In this document: positions 21,533-32,438 of the stretch, in pieces | How positions within the stretch are numbered: the stretch's first letter is position 1 | Layout: each line of letters starts with the position of its first letter | Assembly: GCA_963847445.1 (NCBI GenBank) | Contig: CAWJZV010000030.1 | Coordinates: forward strand, 288,001-352,000 | Direction: 5' to 3' | From: an uncultured delta proteobacterium | GTDB lineage: Bacteria; Desulfobacterota; Binatia; UBA9968 | DNA length: 64,000 nt | Notes under the pieces: generated by a model | The model's database searches: none | What the model saw: the letters and a program-made list of their open reading frames with translations, nothing else | What the model was told of the DNA's origin: nothing | Translations under genes and position numbers: made by a program

Positions 21533-22546
21533 CTAGTTCTGCAAAAATATTTTCTTATACTCCGCCATCTTTTCCTTCAGTGCCGCCGCATCCATATCGA
21601 GCATCTCGACCAGCTCGATTTTGTCGGCGTCCGCCAAGGGCGGATAGATGCCCTTACGGGTGATGAACTCGCCGATGCCGGCCATGATCTTGAGGCTCTC
21701 TTCGCCAAGGAAATAATCGATGAAAGCGCGACCGCCACTGGGATGGACCGGTTTGGCGGCCAGGGCGATCGATTGTCCGTCGCCCATGAATTTGCCTAAT
21801 CGAGAATAGTCCAGCGGCACGCCTTTCTTGCCGTAGAAGACGACGTTCTTGAGAAACGCCACGCCGATGGGCGCTTCGCCGGTGGTGATCCGTTCGCCGG
21901 CTGGGGTCAAGGATTCCACCAGCAGCGGTTTGGACGCCGCCAGATCGCGGATAAACTTGTCGGCCCGTTCTTTACCGAGGATCTTGTGCAGGCTCGTCAG
22001 CCACTGTGCCGTGGTGACATGTTGGCTCGGATCGGGGAATACCACTTTACCTTTGTTTTGCGGCTTGACCAGATCCTCCAAAGACTTCGGCGCGTCGGCC
22101 GGCTTCAACGCGCTGGTATTGTAGACGATGCCGATAATACTGTTGCGATAGCTCGGCGAGCCGAGGGTGTTGTTGATCACCTCCTTGGGAAAGGCGCGCG
22201 CCGATGGCGAATCGTACTTGCCGAGGAAGCCGTCCTTACTGATCAATTGCAAGGTCACATCGGTGGTCAGGACGACATCGAAGCCCGGCTTGCCGGCGCG
22301 GGATTCGGTGGCGATACGGTCGGTAACTTTATTCGACGCCGCACGCCAATACTCGACATCGAGCCCGGTGCGCTTCTTCATCGCCGCCGCGATCAGATCC
22401 ATGGTTTCGTTTTCCAACGACCCGTAGACGATCACCTTGCCGCCTTCCTTCTTGGCTGCCTCAATCAACTTGGCATCCTGGGCCAGCACCGCACAGTGCA
22501 AGGAAAGTAATGTGGCAGCCCCAATCAATGTTTGAGATAACTTCAT
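21533..22546 (-). CDS. Extracellular solute-binding protein (Fe3+/thiamine-type ABC SBP)
   Basis: Signal peptide, AAKKEGGKVIVYGS, YNT...PKSLEDL and AFIDYFLG. Confidence 0.82.
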   Translation of the reverse strand: MKLSQTLIGAATLLSLHCAVLAQDAKLIEAAKKEGGKVIVYGSLENETMDLIAAAMKKRTGLDVEYWRAASNKVTDRIATESRAGKPGFDVVLTTDVTLQLISKDGFLGKYDSPSARAFPKEVINNTLGSPSYRNSIIGIVYNTSALKPADAPKSLEDLVKPQNKGKVVFPDPSQHVTTAQWLTSLHKILGKERADKFIRDLAASKPLLVESLTPAGERITTGEAPIGVAFLKNVVFYGKKGVPLDYSRLGKFMGDGQSIALAAKPVHPSGGRAFIDYFLGEESLKIMAGIGEFITRKGIYPPLADADKIELVEMLDMDAAALKEKMAEYKKIFLQN

Positions 22547-22650
22547 CGCGACATGGCTCCTTTCAGCTGTACCGTGCATAACTCAAAGCTCCGGCAATGT
22601 CTAGAATTCACTCCCTACACGGCGCATGCTACGGCAATTTATTTATTCGA

Positions 22651-22679
22651 TTGTCTGCCCCATCGCCATTTGCTAACCT
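22651..22679 (+). promoter_or_regulatory. Putative sigma70 promoter for the ravA-like gene
   Basis: TTGTCT-N17-TAACCT with an extended TG. Confidence 0.35.
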
Positions 22680-22693
22680 GCACCTAACTGATC

Positions 22694-23812
22694 ATGACTA
22701 GTCAAGAGAAGCTCAAAAAACTCCGTGACGAACTGAAACAGATGTTCCTGGAACGCGCCGAGCTGATCGATGGCGCGCTGTCGGCGTTGCTCTCGGCGCA
22801 TCATTTGCTGATCATCGGCCCGCCGGGCACGGCGAAGTCGATGCTCGCCGACGAGCTGTGCCGGCGCATCGACGGCGCCAACTATTTTCAGTGGCTGCTC
22901 ACCCGCTTCACCACGCCGGAGGAGATTTTCGGCGCGGTCAGTCTCAAGGCCCTCGAACAGGACGACTATCGGCGCGTCACCAGCCGCAAACTTCCCGAAG
23001 CCCACATCGCCTTTCTCGATGAAATCTTCAAAGCCAACTCGTCGATCTTGAATTCGATCCTGACGCTGATCAACGAGCGGCTTTTTCACAACGGCAAGGA
23101 AGTCGTCAAGGTGCCGCTGCTCACTTTGTTCGGCGCCAGCAATGAACTGCCCGAGGAAGAAGAATTGACCGCGCTCTATGACCGCTTCCTGGTGCGCTTC
23201 GTGGTCGGCTACATCGTTGAAGACTTTCGTTTCCTGCGCATGCTGGAGTCGCAGGCTCAGCCCGAGCGCACGACGTTGACCTTTGCCGAGTTGACCGAGC
23301 TACAGACGCAAGTTCGGCAAGTGGCCATCCCGTCCTATGTCTTCCGCGGCATCGCCGATATCCGCCGCGAGCTCAATAAGAAAAACATCCAAGCCTCGGA
23401 CCGGCGCTACCGCCAGTGCCTGGCGTTACTGCAAGGCCACGCCTTTCTCGAAGGCCAAACAGAAGTGGCGGAAAAGGATTTATTTTTTCTCGAGCATGTG
23501 CTGTGGCGCGACCCGGCGGAACAGGAGCTGGTGCGCGGCACCATTCGCGAGCTCTTGCTCGGTTACGAAGAAGAGATCGCCGAGCTATTGTATGAATCGC
23601 GCGAGATCCGCGAAGTGGCGTTGCAGGCCGGCCGCAGCACCGACGAGCGCGCCCGGGCCCTGATCGAAGTCCACACCAAGCTGAAAAATATCTTAACCAA
23701 AGTCGATGGCATCAAGGACAAAGCCCAAAGGCTCGGCCGCCCGCTCGAACGGGTGCACGCCGTGCGCGGTGAGATCGAACAGCTGCAGAAAGAGCTGTTG
23801 GAGCAGTTCTGA
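22694..23812 (+). CDS. ravA: MoxR AAA+ ATPase, RavA-like (short form)
   Basis: GPPGTAKS, YFQWLLTRFTTPEEIFG, FLDEIFKANSSILN, ASNELP, LYDRF and SDRR. Confidence 0.85.
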   Translation: MTSQEKLKKLRDELKQMFLERAELIDGALSALLSAHHLLIIGPPGTAKSMLADELCRRIDGANYFQWLLTRFTTPEEIFGAVSLKALEQDDYRRVTSRKLPEAHIAFLDEIFKANSSILNSILTLINERLFHNGKEVVKVPLLTLFGASNELPEEEELTALYDRFLVRFVVGYIVEDFRFLRMLESQAQPERTTLTFAELTELQTQVRQVAIPSYVFRGIADIRRELNKKNIQASDRRYRQCLALLQGHAFLEGQTEVAEKDLFFLEHVLWRDPAEQELVRGTIRELLLGYEEEIAELLYESREIREVALQAGRSTDERARALIEVHTKLKNILTKVDGIKDKAQRLGRPLERVHAVRGEIEQLQKELLEQF

Positions 23813-25387
23813 TGGCGTCACGCCGTCCACAGACAACGCCTGCCAGGCGGCGCTTCGAGCCGCTGCCCAAGAATACCTTTTGGATCGAGAATGATGCTTA
23901 CGACCGGCGCGTCTGGCAGCATCTGCGCTCGGAATCGCCGTCACTGCGCGAATTGGAGGACAAAGGCACCACTTTACTGCCTCATTTCGGCTCCTTGCTC
24001 CAGGACATATTCTGTTTGCTGTTCAAGTACGTGGTCAATTACCACAAGGACGCCGCAGTCTTGCCGAGCGCCCTGCTCAACCAGAAGTTTCTCCGCTCGG
24101 TCCATACCGGCACGCAGTACGACTACCTGCGCGAGCAAACGCTTTTGAACGAGGCTCACGCCGGCTTGTCGACGCTGATTCTCGGTGAACGGCTATTGAA
24201 TTTCATCCGCGAAGAAAAGTTGCTCACCCGCCGCGATATGCGCGACCTCTGGGATATCCAGAAGCAAGAAGAACTGGTCGGCCAGAAGATGGAAGAGTAT
24301 GACAACGCCGACACCATCCCCGAAGACCAGCTCTCCGAAGCAAGGTAAAAAGGCGCTGCAAAAAGCCAAAGAGAAAATGGCCGGCGAAGTCCAGGGCGCC
24401 GAAGCGTTGTTGCGCCATAAGACGACGCAACTCAAGGAAGACTTGAAGCGCATTGAAGGGCAAGCCAAAAACCGCCTCCAGGCCGAAACCATCAAGGTCG
24501 CCCAAGAGCTCGAAGATGCCACCGAAGAAGCCGAGACCTGGGGCAATACCATCGGCACCGGTGAGAAATCGCCGCCAGGGCAAAAGCTCGAACTCGGCCG
24601 GCGCCTTGCGGGAAATGACAAGCTGAAAAAGCTCGCCCGCATGGTCGGCCGGATGAAGTTTCACGCCCAGGCACTGCGCAAGAAAGTCTTTGAGAGGTCC
24701 AACGAAGAACTCCTGGAAGTCGAGCAAGGCGATGCCCTGCACCGCTTGCTGCCGCACGAAATGCTGAGCCTGCACCATCCGCTACTGCGCAAGGATTTCT
24801 TTCGCCGCTTCCTCGACCAGGAGCTGATTCAGTATTCGCTGCGCGGCATCGAAGAAAAAGGCAAAGGACCGATGATCGTCTGCCTCGACGGCAGCTCGTC
24901 CATGTCCGGTGACAAAGAGATCTGGTCCAAAGCCGTGACCCTGACCCTGTTGGAGATCGCCCGCAAACAGCGCCGCTTGTTTCGCTCGATCTGCTTCTCG
25001 TCGGCGGAAACGCCGCTGCAAGTTCTCGACATGAACCCACGCGACCGCTACGAGGTCGAAACCAAAACCATCATGGACCTGGCGGAATACTTCCCCGGCG
25101 GCGGCACCGACTTTCAAAAGCCGCTGGACGCCGCGCTGGAATGTCTAGGCGACTCGCGCTTCAAGAAAGGCGACATCATCTTCATCACCGATGGCGAGTG
25201 CCAGGTCGATCCGCAGTGGGCGGAACAGTTTAGAGAACAAAAGGAGCGCCTGGGCTTCTCGCTCTTCTCCATCCTCATCGACATGGGGCCGGCTTCCCTG
25301 GGCACGTTGAAGGAGTTCAGCGACCGGATTTCGACGATCAAGCAGCTGACCGGGGATGAAGCCAAAGAGATTTTTGTGAAGTTCTGA
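23812..25387 (+). CDS. VWA-domain protein, ViaA-like (+1 frameshift near 24340)
   Basis: LHRLLPHE, KGPMIVCLDGSSSM (MIDAS), GGGTDF and ITDGE. Translationally coupled to ravA (TGATG). Confidence 0.85.
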
Positions 25388-25394
25388 GACCGTA

Positions 25395-26447
25395 TTACTG
25401 CTTCCGCGTGACCTCCTTCATCAGCCGCATCCACTTTTCCACGCGATCGGCATACTCGTCGGTGGTCAAACCTTTCTCGGGATAGAACTTCTCGAAGCCG
25501 TAATTTTTCGCACCGCTGCCGTAGGCGAAGGTTTCGTTGAACATTTTTTGCCCGTCAGGGCCGATCAAAAAGTCGACGAGCAGCAACGCCCCATGCGGAT
25601 GGGTGGCATTGGCCGATACCCCGACTCCGCCGGCGTTGGCGACTGCCAGGTCCAAGGCGTGCCAGGCGATGGGCGCACCCTTCTTTGCCGAGTGCGCCAC
25701 GTTGGTGGAAAAACCGACGAACGACATCGGCACTTCGCCGGACACGATCAGCTCGTTAAAACCCGGCCCGGAAGCGCCGTGCAGCGTAATCTCCTGATCT
25801 TTGAGTTTACGAATGAAGCTATCGCTCTTGGCCCACACCATGGCGCCAAACTGGCGCGCGCTACTCTCATCGCTGCTGATCGCCATCTTGCCTTTAAGCG
25901 CCGGTTTCAGCAGATCGTCGAATTTTTTCGGCAGCTCCAAGCCTTTCACTGCGTTCTTGTTATAGGCTAAACCGATGTACGACTCGCGATCCGTGGTCCA
26001 ATAGACTAAACCGCTTTTAGTCTTCTCCTTGGCGCTATCGGGATAATTTTTGAGAAACGGCGAGGTGTAGGGCGCAAAAAACTGCTCGTCGCGCAAGATC
26101 ATCAACGCCCCCGGGGTCGCCTCGACAGTATCAGCGATGTAACGACGCGCCTTATGCTCAGCCAAGGCTTTATTCGTCAGCTCGATGCCGCTGGCGCGAT
26201 AGACTTCCACCGCAACGCCGGGATATTTCGCCTCGAAGATTTTGGCGATGTCCTTGGACGGCACCAGGGACGTGTACCAAACGACTTTGCCCTCCTTCTT
26301 CGCGCCATCGTAAAGCATCTTCTCGCGATCACCCCGGGCATACTTGGCTAATTCAGCAACACCCTTGCCTGTTTGAGCGGACGCGACACCTGCTACGAGC
26401 AACGCCATCCCCACAACTAGCGAATAACACTTTGGGCAAATCTTCAT
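25395..26447 (-). CDS. Extracellular solute-binding protein (Fe3+/thiamine-type ABC SBP)
   Basis: Signal peptide, GAKKEGKVVWYTS and HPHGALLLVDFLIGPDGQ. Confidence 0.82.
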   Translation of the reverse strand: MKICPKCYSLVVGMALLVAGVASAQTGKGVAELAKYARGDREKMLYDGAKKEGKVVWYTSLVPSKDIAKIFEAKYPGVAVEVYRASGIELTNKALAEHKARRYIADTVEATPGALMILRDEQFFAPYTSPFLKNYPDSAKEKTKSGLVYWTTDRESYIGLAYNKNAVKGLELPKKFDDLLKPALKGKMAISSDESSARQFGAMVWAKSDSFIRKLKDQEITLHGASGPGFNELIVSGEVPMSFVGFSTNVAHSAKKGAPIAWHALDLAVANAGGVGVSANATHPHGALLLVDFLIGPDGQKMFNETFAYGSGAKNYGFEKFYPEKGLTTDEYADRVEKWMRLMKEVTRKQ

Positions 26448-26455
26448 CGCGAAAA

Positions 26456-26479
26456 CCCCTTACCCCTTACCCTTCACTC
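26456..26479. repeat. 7-bp-period tandem repeat (ACCCCTT)
   Basis: ACCCCTT ACCCCTT ACCCTTC; same unit as 29026-29095. Confidence 0.6.
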
Positions 26480-27614
26480 CTAACCAACCTTCGCCTGGCG
26501 CGGATACATGGCATCGATCATCGCCCGCTTGTGATACAGCGGCGTGCCCAAATACTGATAGAGGGCATGGGCCAGCACGCTGTGCGCCATCAGCGGATGT
26601 TTGTAGTCCGTGCCGGCGCCGGCAAACACCATGTGGGCAAAATGGCAGGACTGGTAGTAGGCTTCGCTAGCCACTGCTTTGGATTGATGTGCTCCGGCGG
26701 TGGCGGCAACGGCCGTGTCAATCTTCCACAAGGTCTCGTAGGTAATCCAACGCGCGCCGTCCAGGTGGATTGATATATCGACACAGTGATCCTGCACCCG
26801 CTGGAAGCGTCCGATCGGCTGACCGAAGACCACGCGGGTCCGGGTATACTCGTTGGTCATTTCGAAAATCTCTTGGCAGGCACCCACCTGGTAGGCACAC
26901 AGAATCGGCAAAGCTTTGGTGAGCGCCGCTTCCAGCACCGGCCATCCCGAATCCACCGTGCCGATGAGCGCGTGCGCTCCGACGGCAACATTGTCAAAGC
27001 TCACTTCCGCCGCGCCAATCATGAAGCCAAACACCGGCTTCACCGAAACTCCCGGCGCATTGCGGTCGACCAAAGCGAGCACGACGCCACCGCTGTCGCT
27101 GCGCGCCGCGCAAATAAACTGACTCGCCGCGGCGCCATCCTGGACGTAGCGCTTGGTGCCGCTGAGAGTGAATCCGCTAGCACTCTTAACCGCGCGGGTC
27201 TGCACTGATTTCGGGCCGAACTGAATGGGGTCGTCGGAGAGCGCAGGAATCACGATGGCAGTGCCATCGCAAATCTTCGGCAACCAGGACTTTTGCTGCG
27301 CCGCGCTGCCTCCTTCTAAAAACAATTGCGCCGCCAAGACGCCGCTGGAAAAAAACGGGCCGGGCAAGCGGCCCGCGGCCAAGTTCTTCAAAGACCACGG
27401 CGCAGTCCGTAGCGGACGATCCGCCGCCGCCAAACTCGTCGGGCACCGTCATGCCAAGCCAACCGACGCCGGCGGTCTTTTTATACAGCTCAGGAAGATG
27501 GGCGATTTTCTTTTGATACCATTCAGTAATGACATGCGACGGCGCTTCGGCCTTCAAAAAATCCCCCGCCACTTTCTTCATCATATTTTGATCGTCGTTT
27601 AATTTGAGATCCAT
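26480..27614 (-). CDS. Acyl-CoA dehydrogenase family protein (frameshift near 27370)
   Basis: GWLGMTVPDEFGGGG, FEELGR, LSGTKRYV and TRVVFGQPIGRFQRVQ. Confidence 0.88.
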
Positions 27615-27651
27615 AATCCGTATCCTTTCGCATTCGGTGCAACGCGCGCGG

Positions 27652-27728
27652 TCGGCAAGGGCAACCAAGGGGGTTGCCCCTACAAGTCCGAATTCTTTTT
27701 GCGCCCTTTGCGTTCTTTGCGGCCAATC
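27652..27728. repeat. GTAG-type REP hairpin plus a 9-bp-period CTTTGCG repeat
   Basis: The minus strand reads GTAGGGGCAACCCCCTTGGTTGCCCT. Bases 27698-27728 are identical to 43695-43725. Confidence 0.7.
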
Positions 27729-27738
27729 CTCTCTAATC

Positions 27739-28954
27739 TTAAACCGTCGTCGGCGCGTCCTCCTGGGACGGCCGGCCCAAACCTAAGCGGCGCGCTATGA
27801 TCAGCCGGTCGGTATCCAGCGTGCCGCCGCCATGGAGCCAACCGGGACCGCTGCGCACGGTGTATTCGAAGTCGGCCACTTCATGCACCGAATCATCCGG
27901 CGCCAGGGCGTCATAGCCGCAAATCTTTTGCACGCGCTCGGCATTGCGCAAGCGCACCATGCGCTGAAAAAAGAGAAATTGCGGTCCGCCATAGGAATGG
28001 GGCTGCTTGACATAACGATGCCAAAAATTGCGCAACCCCATCAGCCGTTGGACATCCAAATCGATGAGCATCTCGGCTAGGACATCGCGCACGTCCTGAT
28101 CCTCCATCAAACTCTCGCCGTCAAAGTTAGTCCGTTGGCAATGGGCGATGAGCCGCGCGAACAGCGGATGCTCGGCGACACTGCCGCCGCCGCCATGCTC
28201 GAGTTCCAAATAACTGTTGGCGACCTTCCAGCCGTTGTTCTCGCCGCCGACCAGATATTTCGCCGGCACGCGGACGTTGTCGAAGAACACGGCGTTCTTA
28301 ATGCCCATCATCAAGTGCATATGCTGAATGGTAATGCCGGGAAGCGTCGCCGGGATATACAGCCAGCCCAAGATTTTCATGGCGCTTGCCGGCGGGATTG
28401 GTGCAGACAAACGTCCAGAGAAAGTCCGGCGGCAAATGATGGCCGACCAGGACTTTTTGACCGTTGACGATGTAATCGTCGCCGTCGCGGATCGCCTTGG
28501 TCTGGCAGTTGGCGACGTCGCTGCCGCCTTGAGGTTCCGTGAGCACTTGCCATACCGCCAGTTCGCCACGCATCATCGGCGGCAGAAACTCGGCCTTTTG
28601 CTCCTCGGTGCCGAACTTCATCACGGCCGGCGCCACCAAGCGCGACAGGGTATAGAAAACCGATCCCAGCGACAGACCGTAACGATCGATCTCGGTTTCG
28701 AGAACGAACTGGTGATCGAGACTCATACCGCCGCCGCCATATTTCTCTGGATAGGTGGGGAAAAGCCACCTTTTCGCGCCTAACTTACCCGCCAAGCCGC
28801 GGCGGAATTTATATTCCTCGTCGTTTTCCCGGGTCGACCAGTTGCCCGACCAGCGCAGATGCTCGCTGCCCTTCATATTTTCCGCCAACCAGGCGCGCAC
28901 CTCTTGGCGAAACGCGCTGATCTCCGGGCTATCCGGCTGTAAATTGAAGTCCAT
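27739..28954 (-). CDS. Acyl-CoA dehydrogenase family protein (frameshift near 28370)
   Basis: FRQEVRAWL, LTEPQGGSD, VNGQK, VFFDNVRVP, GWKVAN and GGGT...IIARRLGL. Confidence 0.88.
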
Positions 28955-29025
28955 TGTTATTCTCCTTTTTGATTACGGTTCACTTTTCTTAATTTTCGAA
29001 ATATCTCAGCTCCGAGCACACGAGC

Positions 29026-29095
29026 GTAAGGGGTAAAGGGTGAGGGGTAAAGCGTATCTGACCGGACGCCTTACCCTTTACCCCTAACCCCTTAC
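29026..29095. repeat. 7-bp-period inverted tandem repeat hairpin (GTAAGGG / CCCTTAC)
   Basis: GTAAGGG GTAAAGG GTGAGGG GTAAAG, a spacer, then CCTTACC CTTTACC CCTAACC CCTTAC. Confidence 0.85.
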
Positions 29096-29106
29096 CAATC
29101 TTTCCA

Positions 29107-29628
29107 TCACACATTCCAATCACCGCCAACCAGACGCGGGATGACCGGATGTAAGATCCGATAGGACAATCCCCAGAGCCGATGTTCGCCGATTCGATAA
29201 TACGAAACCTGCTCGGCCTTCCGCCAGGTCGGGAAGCGGTCGATCATCTTGTCGTGGGCGCCGGGACCAGCGAGATCGTTGAGCCGGACATCGATGATCT
29301 CGGCAATCTCACGCTCGGCGATCTGCCACCGGTCCGGGAGCGTGATGCGCGCCACATAGGGAAAAACCCGATAGCCCGTGGTGCGCGTCTGCTCCATCGG
29401 CAACTCGGCCAAGATATCTTCGCGCGGCACCACCAAACCGAGCTCTTCGCGCGCTTCGCGCAACGCGGTATCGAGCATGGTGTCATCTGCCGGATCGTGC
29501 TTGCCGCCGGGAAAGGCGACCTGACCGCCGTGCACGCCGCCGGGATTGCGCAGGATCATGACGATATGCAGTTCGCCTTGCTGCGAACGATAAACCGGAA
29601 TGAGCACGGCGGCGTCGATCATCGTCAT
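29107..29628 (-). CDS. Nudix hydrolase, CoA pyrophosphatase (NudL/PCD1-like)
   Basis: AAVLIP, HGGQVAFPGG, ALREAREELG and LWGLS. Confidence 0.88.
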   Translation of the reverse strand: MTMIDAAVLIPVYRSQQGELHIVMILRNPGGVHGGQVAFPGGKHDPADDTMLDTALREAREELGLVVPREDILAELPMEQTRTTGYRVFPYVARITLPDRWQIAEREIAEIIDVRLNDLAGPGAHDKMIDRFPTWRKAEQVSYYRIGEHRLWGLSYRILHPVIPRLVGGDWNV

Positions 29629-29741
29629 TGTCCTTATCCGCTTCTACTACAATTCCCCGGCTGGTAGCAAAGATCGGCGGGGTTTTAACAATTGCACAGC
29701 GGCAGCGATATGATAAAGACAGGCGATGTCGAGGATCACCC

Positions 29742-31350
29742 ATGGATAGAGCGCCGAACTTTCTTTTCATCATCACCGACCAGCACCGTGCCGATCATCT
29801 GGGCTGCTACGGTAATCCGATTGTCAAAACCCCGAACATCGATCGGCTCGCGCAAGCGGGAACCCGCTTTGACAATTTCTATGTCGCCACGCCGATCTGC
29901 ATGCCCAATCGCGCGACATTCATGACCGGGCGCATGCCGTCGCTGCACGGCGCGCGCCAAAACGGCATCCCGCTGGCGCTCACCGCGACTACCTTCGTCG
30001 AGATCCTGCGGGCAGCGGGCTACGATACTGCGCTGATCGGCAAATGCCACCTGCAAAGTATCAGCGGCGCACGCCCGACCATCGGCATGCCAGAGGCGGA
30101 CCCCGACAGAGTTCAGCCGCCGGAGCATTTGCGCGAGGCCGATAAGAGTTGGCTTAACCATGGCCGTTACGATCAGGAACTGCGCGCCACTTGGCAAAGC
30201 GACCCCAACTTCGAGCTTAGCCTGCCCTACTACGGCTTTAGCCAAGTCGAGCTCGCCGTCGGCCATGGCGACGAAGTAGTCGGCCATTACGATCGCTGGC
30301 TCAAGCAGCGCGCTGCCAATGGCGATGCACTGCGCGGGCGCAAGAATCAGCTGCCGGGGAACAATTATATCGCACCGCAGGCCTGGCGCACGGCGATTCC
30401 CGAAGAGCTCTATCCCTCCGCCTACGTCGCCGAGCGGACCATCAAGTATTTAGAAAACTATTCCCGTAGCGACCGCGCCAAGCCGTTTTTCCTGCAATGC
30501 TCGTTTCCCGACCCACACCATCCGTTCACGCCGCCGGGGCGCTATTGGGACATGTACAATCCGGCGGAGATCCCCTTGCCGCCGTCGTTCAATCCCGGCG
30601 AGCGACCGATCGTGCCGCACCTGCGCCGGCTCTACCAAGAGCGTACCGCCGAGGAGGCGAACAAGGACGGGCAGCGCACCTTTGCCGTCACCGAACGAGA
30701 AGTTCGTGAAGCCACCGCGCTCACCTATGGCATGATCACGATGATCGACGATGCCATCGGCAGCATTTTGGCCTGGTTGAAAACCCTCCGCCTCGACGAC
30801 GACACGGTGGTGATTTTCACCAGCGATCATGGCGACTTCATGGGCGATCATCAGCTGTTGTTGAAAGGCGCGCTGCATTACCGCGGCCTGGTGCGGGTAC
30901 CGTGCATCTGGAGCGACCCGCAGATCGAAACGCCTGGCAAGCTCAATGCCGGCTTATGCGGCACGATCGATCTAGCGCCGACGATTTTGCAGCGGGCCGG
31001 ACTGGCGGGTCATAACGGCATGCAGGGAAAAAGTTTAATTCCGGCCCTCGACGGCGGCATGACCGGCCACGAGTCAATGCTCATCGAAGAGCACCAGCGG
31101 CGCGGCTATATGGGATTGGCGAATAACTTCCGCGCCCGCAGCCTGATCACCCAAGCAACACCGCTTGACGATCTACGAAGGCGTCGGTTGGGGCGAACTC
31201 TACGATTTCGCCGCCGATCCACAGGAGCTCGACAATCTTTGGAATGAGCCCGGCGCTCAACCCTTGCGCCAAGAACTGACCGAACAGTTGGCGCGCAAAA
31301 TGATCGAGATGACCGACACGAGCCCGCTGGCAACCCATCACGGACCGTAA
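29742..31350 (+). CDS. Sulfatase family protein (frameshift near 31160)
   Basis: PNFLFIITDQHR, CMPNR (CxPxR), GKCHL, DPHHP, FTSDHGD and C-terminal GELYD in the next frame. Confidence 0.9.
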
Positions 31351-31360
31351 AAAGAAAAAC

Positions 31361-31500
31361 ACGTTGCAATCGTTCAATATGTTCAAGCCGTTCAAATCGT
31401 TTTCCGGATCGAACCACGCCTACCTTTACGACGAACCTCCGAATGGCCGAGACGACTTGAACGATTTGAACGACTTGAACTGAGCGAAGCGATTGAACGA
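31361..31500. repeat. 9-bp-period inverted tandem repeat hairpin (GTTCAA / TTGAAC)
   Basis: GTTCAA x3 on the left and TTGAAC x4 on the right, between convergent genes. Confidence 0.82.
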
Positions 31501-31508
31501 GTTAGGAC

Positions 31509-32321
31509 TTAATCCCCGAACGCCACCCACGCCGGCATCGGCAATTCGACAACTTCCCCTTTGGTGTACTTGGCCAATGCGCCGCGCATCTCTGCACGGA
31601 TCTTTTCTAATACGGCTGGCTTTTGCGCGCGCAGGAGCCCGGCCGTGCGCACGGTGCTATCTTTCATGGCGTTAAACAGACCATCGCCGGCCGGCAAACG
31701 CCAGAGCTGTTTAACTTTATTCACAGCCGGCGACTCGAAGCCGGCGGCAATCAAGCCCTGCGTACACTCATCGGGATCGCTGTAACGAAAGAACGGCGGC
31801 CCTTCGGGCAGCTTGACGCGCGGCTCGCCATGAAGCTCGACGGCGCGCAAGACAATACCGAAGCCGATGGTCTCTTCCGGTTTCGCCCACACCGAGAAAG
31901 CAAACCTGCCGCCGCTGCGCAGTATACGGTGGGCTTCGAGCAGAGCTTTTTCCGGCTGACCGAGATGGAGGATGCCGAAATTCATCGCCGCGGCGTCGAA
32001 CAGAGCGTTGCCGCAAGGCAGCTCCTCGGCGTCGCCTTCGCGAAATTCCACGCCGGAGTGAATGCGCCGGGCATGAGCGACCATCGCCGCCGAGAAATCG
32101 ACGCCGAGCACCGTCGCGCCGCGCTTGGCAGCGGCAGCCGCCACGTAGCCTGGCCCGCTGGCGATATCGAGAAACTTCATGCCCTTCTTCAAGCGCACGG
32201 CATCGAGCAACGAATCGATGGTCTGGGTGGTCAATGGGCCGAAGGCATCATGATAACCGGTAGGGATTTCCTGCCAGCCGGCCAATTCGAAACTGCGGAA
32301 TTTTTCCGGGTCACGGATCAT
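31509..32321 (-). CDS. Class I SAM-dependent methyltransferase (UbiE-like fold)
   Basis: LDIASGPG, GVDFS, GDAEELP and LRSGGRF. Confidence 0.85.
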   Translation of the reverse strand: MIRDPEKFRSFELAGWQEIPTGYHDAFGPLTTQTIDSLLDAVRLKKGMKFLDIASGPGYVAAAAAKRGATVLGVDFSAAMVAHARRIHSGVEFREGDAEELPCGNALFDAAAMNFGILHLGQPEKALLEAHRILRSGGRFAFSVWAKPEETIGFGIVLRAVELHGEPRVKLPEGPPFFRYSDPDECTQGLIAAGFESPAVNKVKQLWRLPAGDGLFNAMKDSTVRTAGLLRAQKPAVLEKIRAEMRGALAKYTKGEVVELPMPAWVAFGD

Positions 32322-32389
32322 CTTCAGTTCACGGTTCGTGGAATCTCGCTGGTCTTATAGCATGTCCAAGCGCGCAAGGGTATTTCGCC

Positions 32390-32418
32390 TTGACCGTGTC
32401 ACGACTTTTCTTTACTGT
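32390..32418 (+). promoter_or_regulatory. Putative sigma70 promoter
   Basis: TTGACC-N17-TACTGT, followed by GGAGG and ATG 32439. Confidence 0.4.
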
Positions 32419-32438
32419 CGGGTTCGCGGAGGTGGTTT

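Noticed and set aside
24330-24350. Programmed frameshift in viaA (and others)
   Set aside because: No convincing slippery site or stimulator. It shows the same +1 pattern as many unrelated genes, so an error is more likely.
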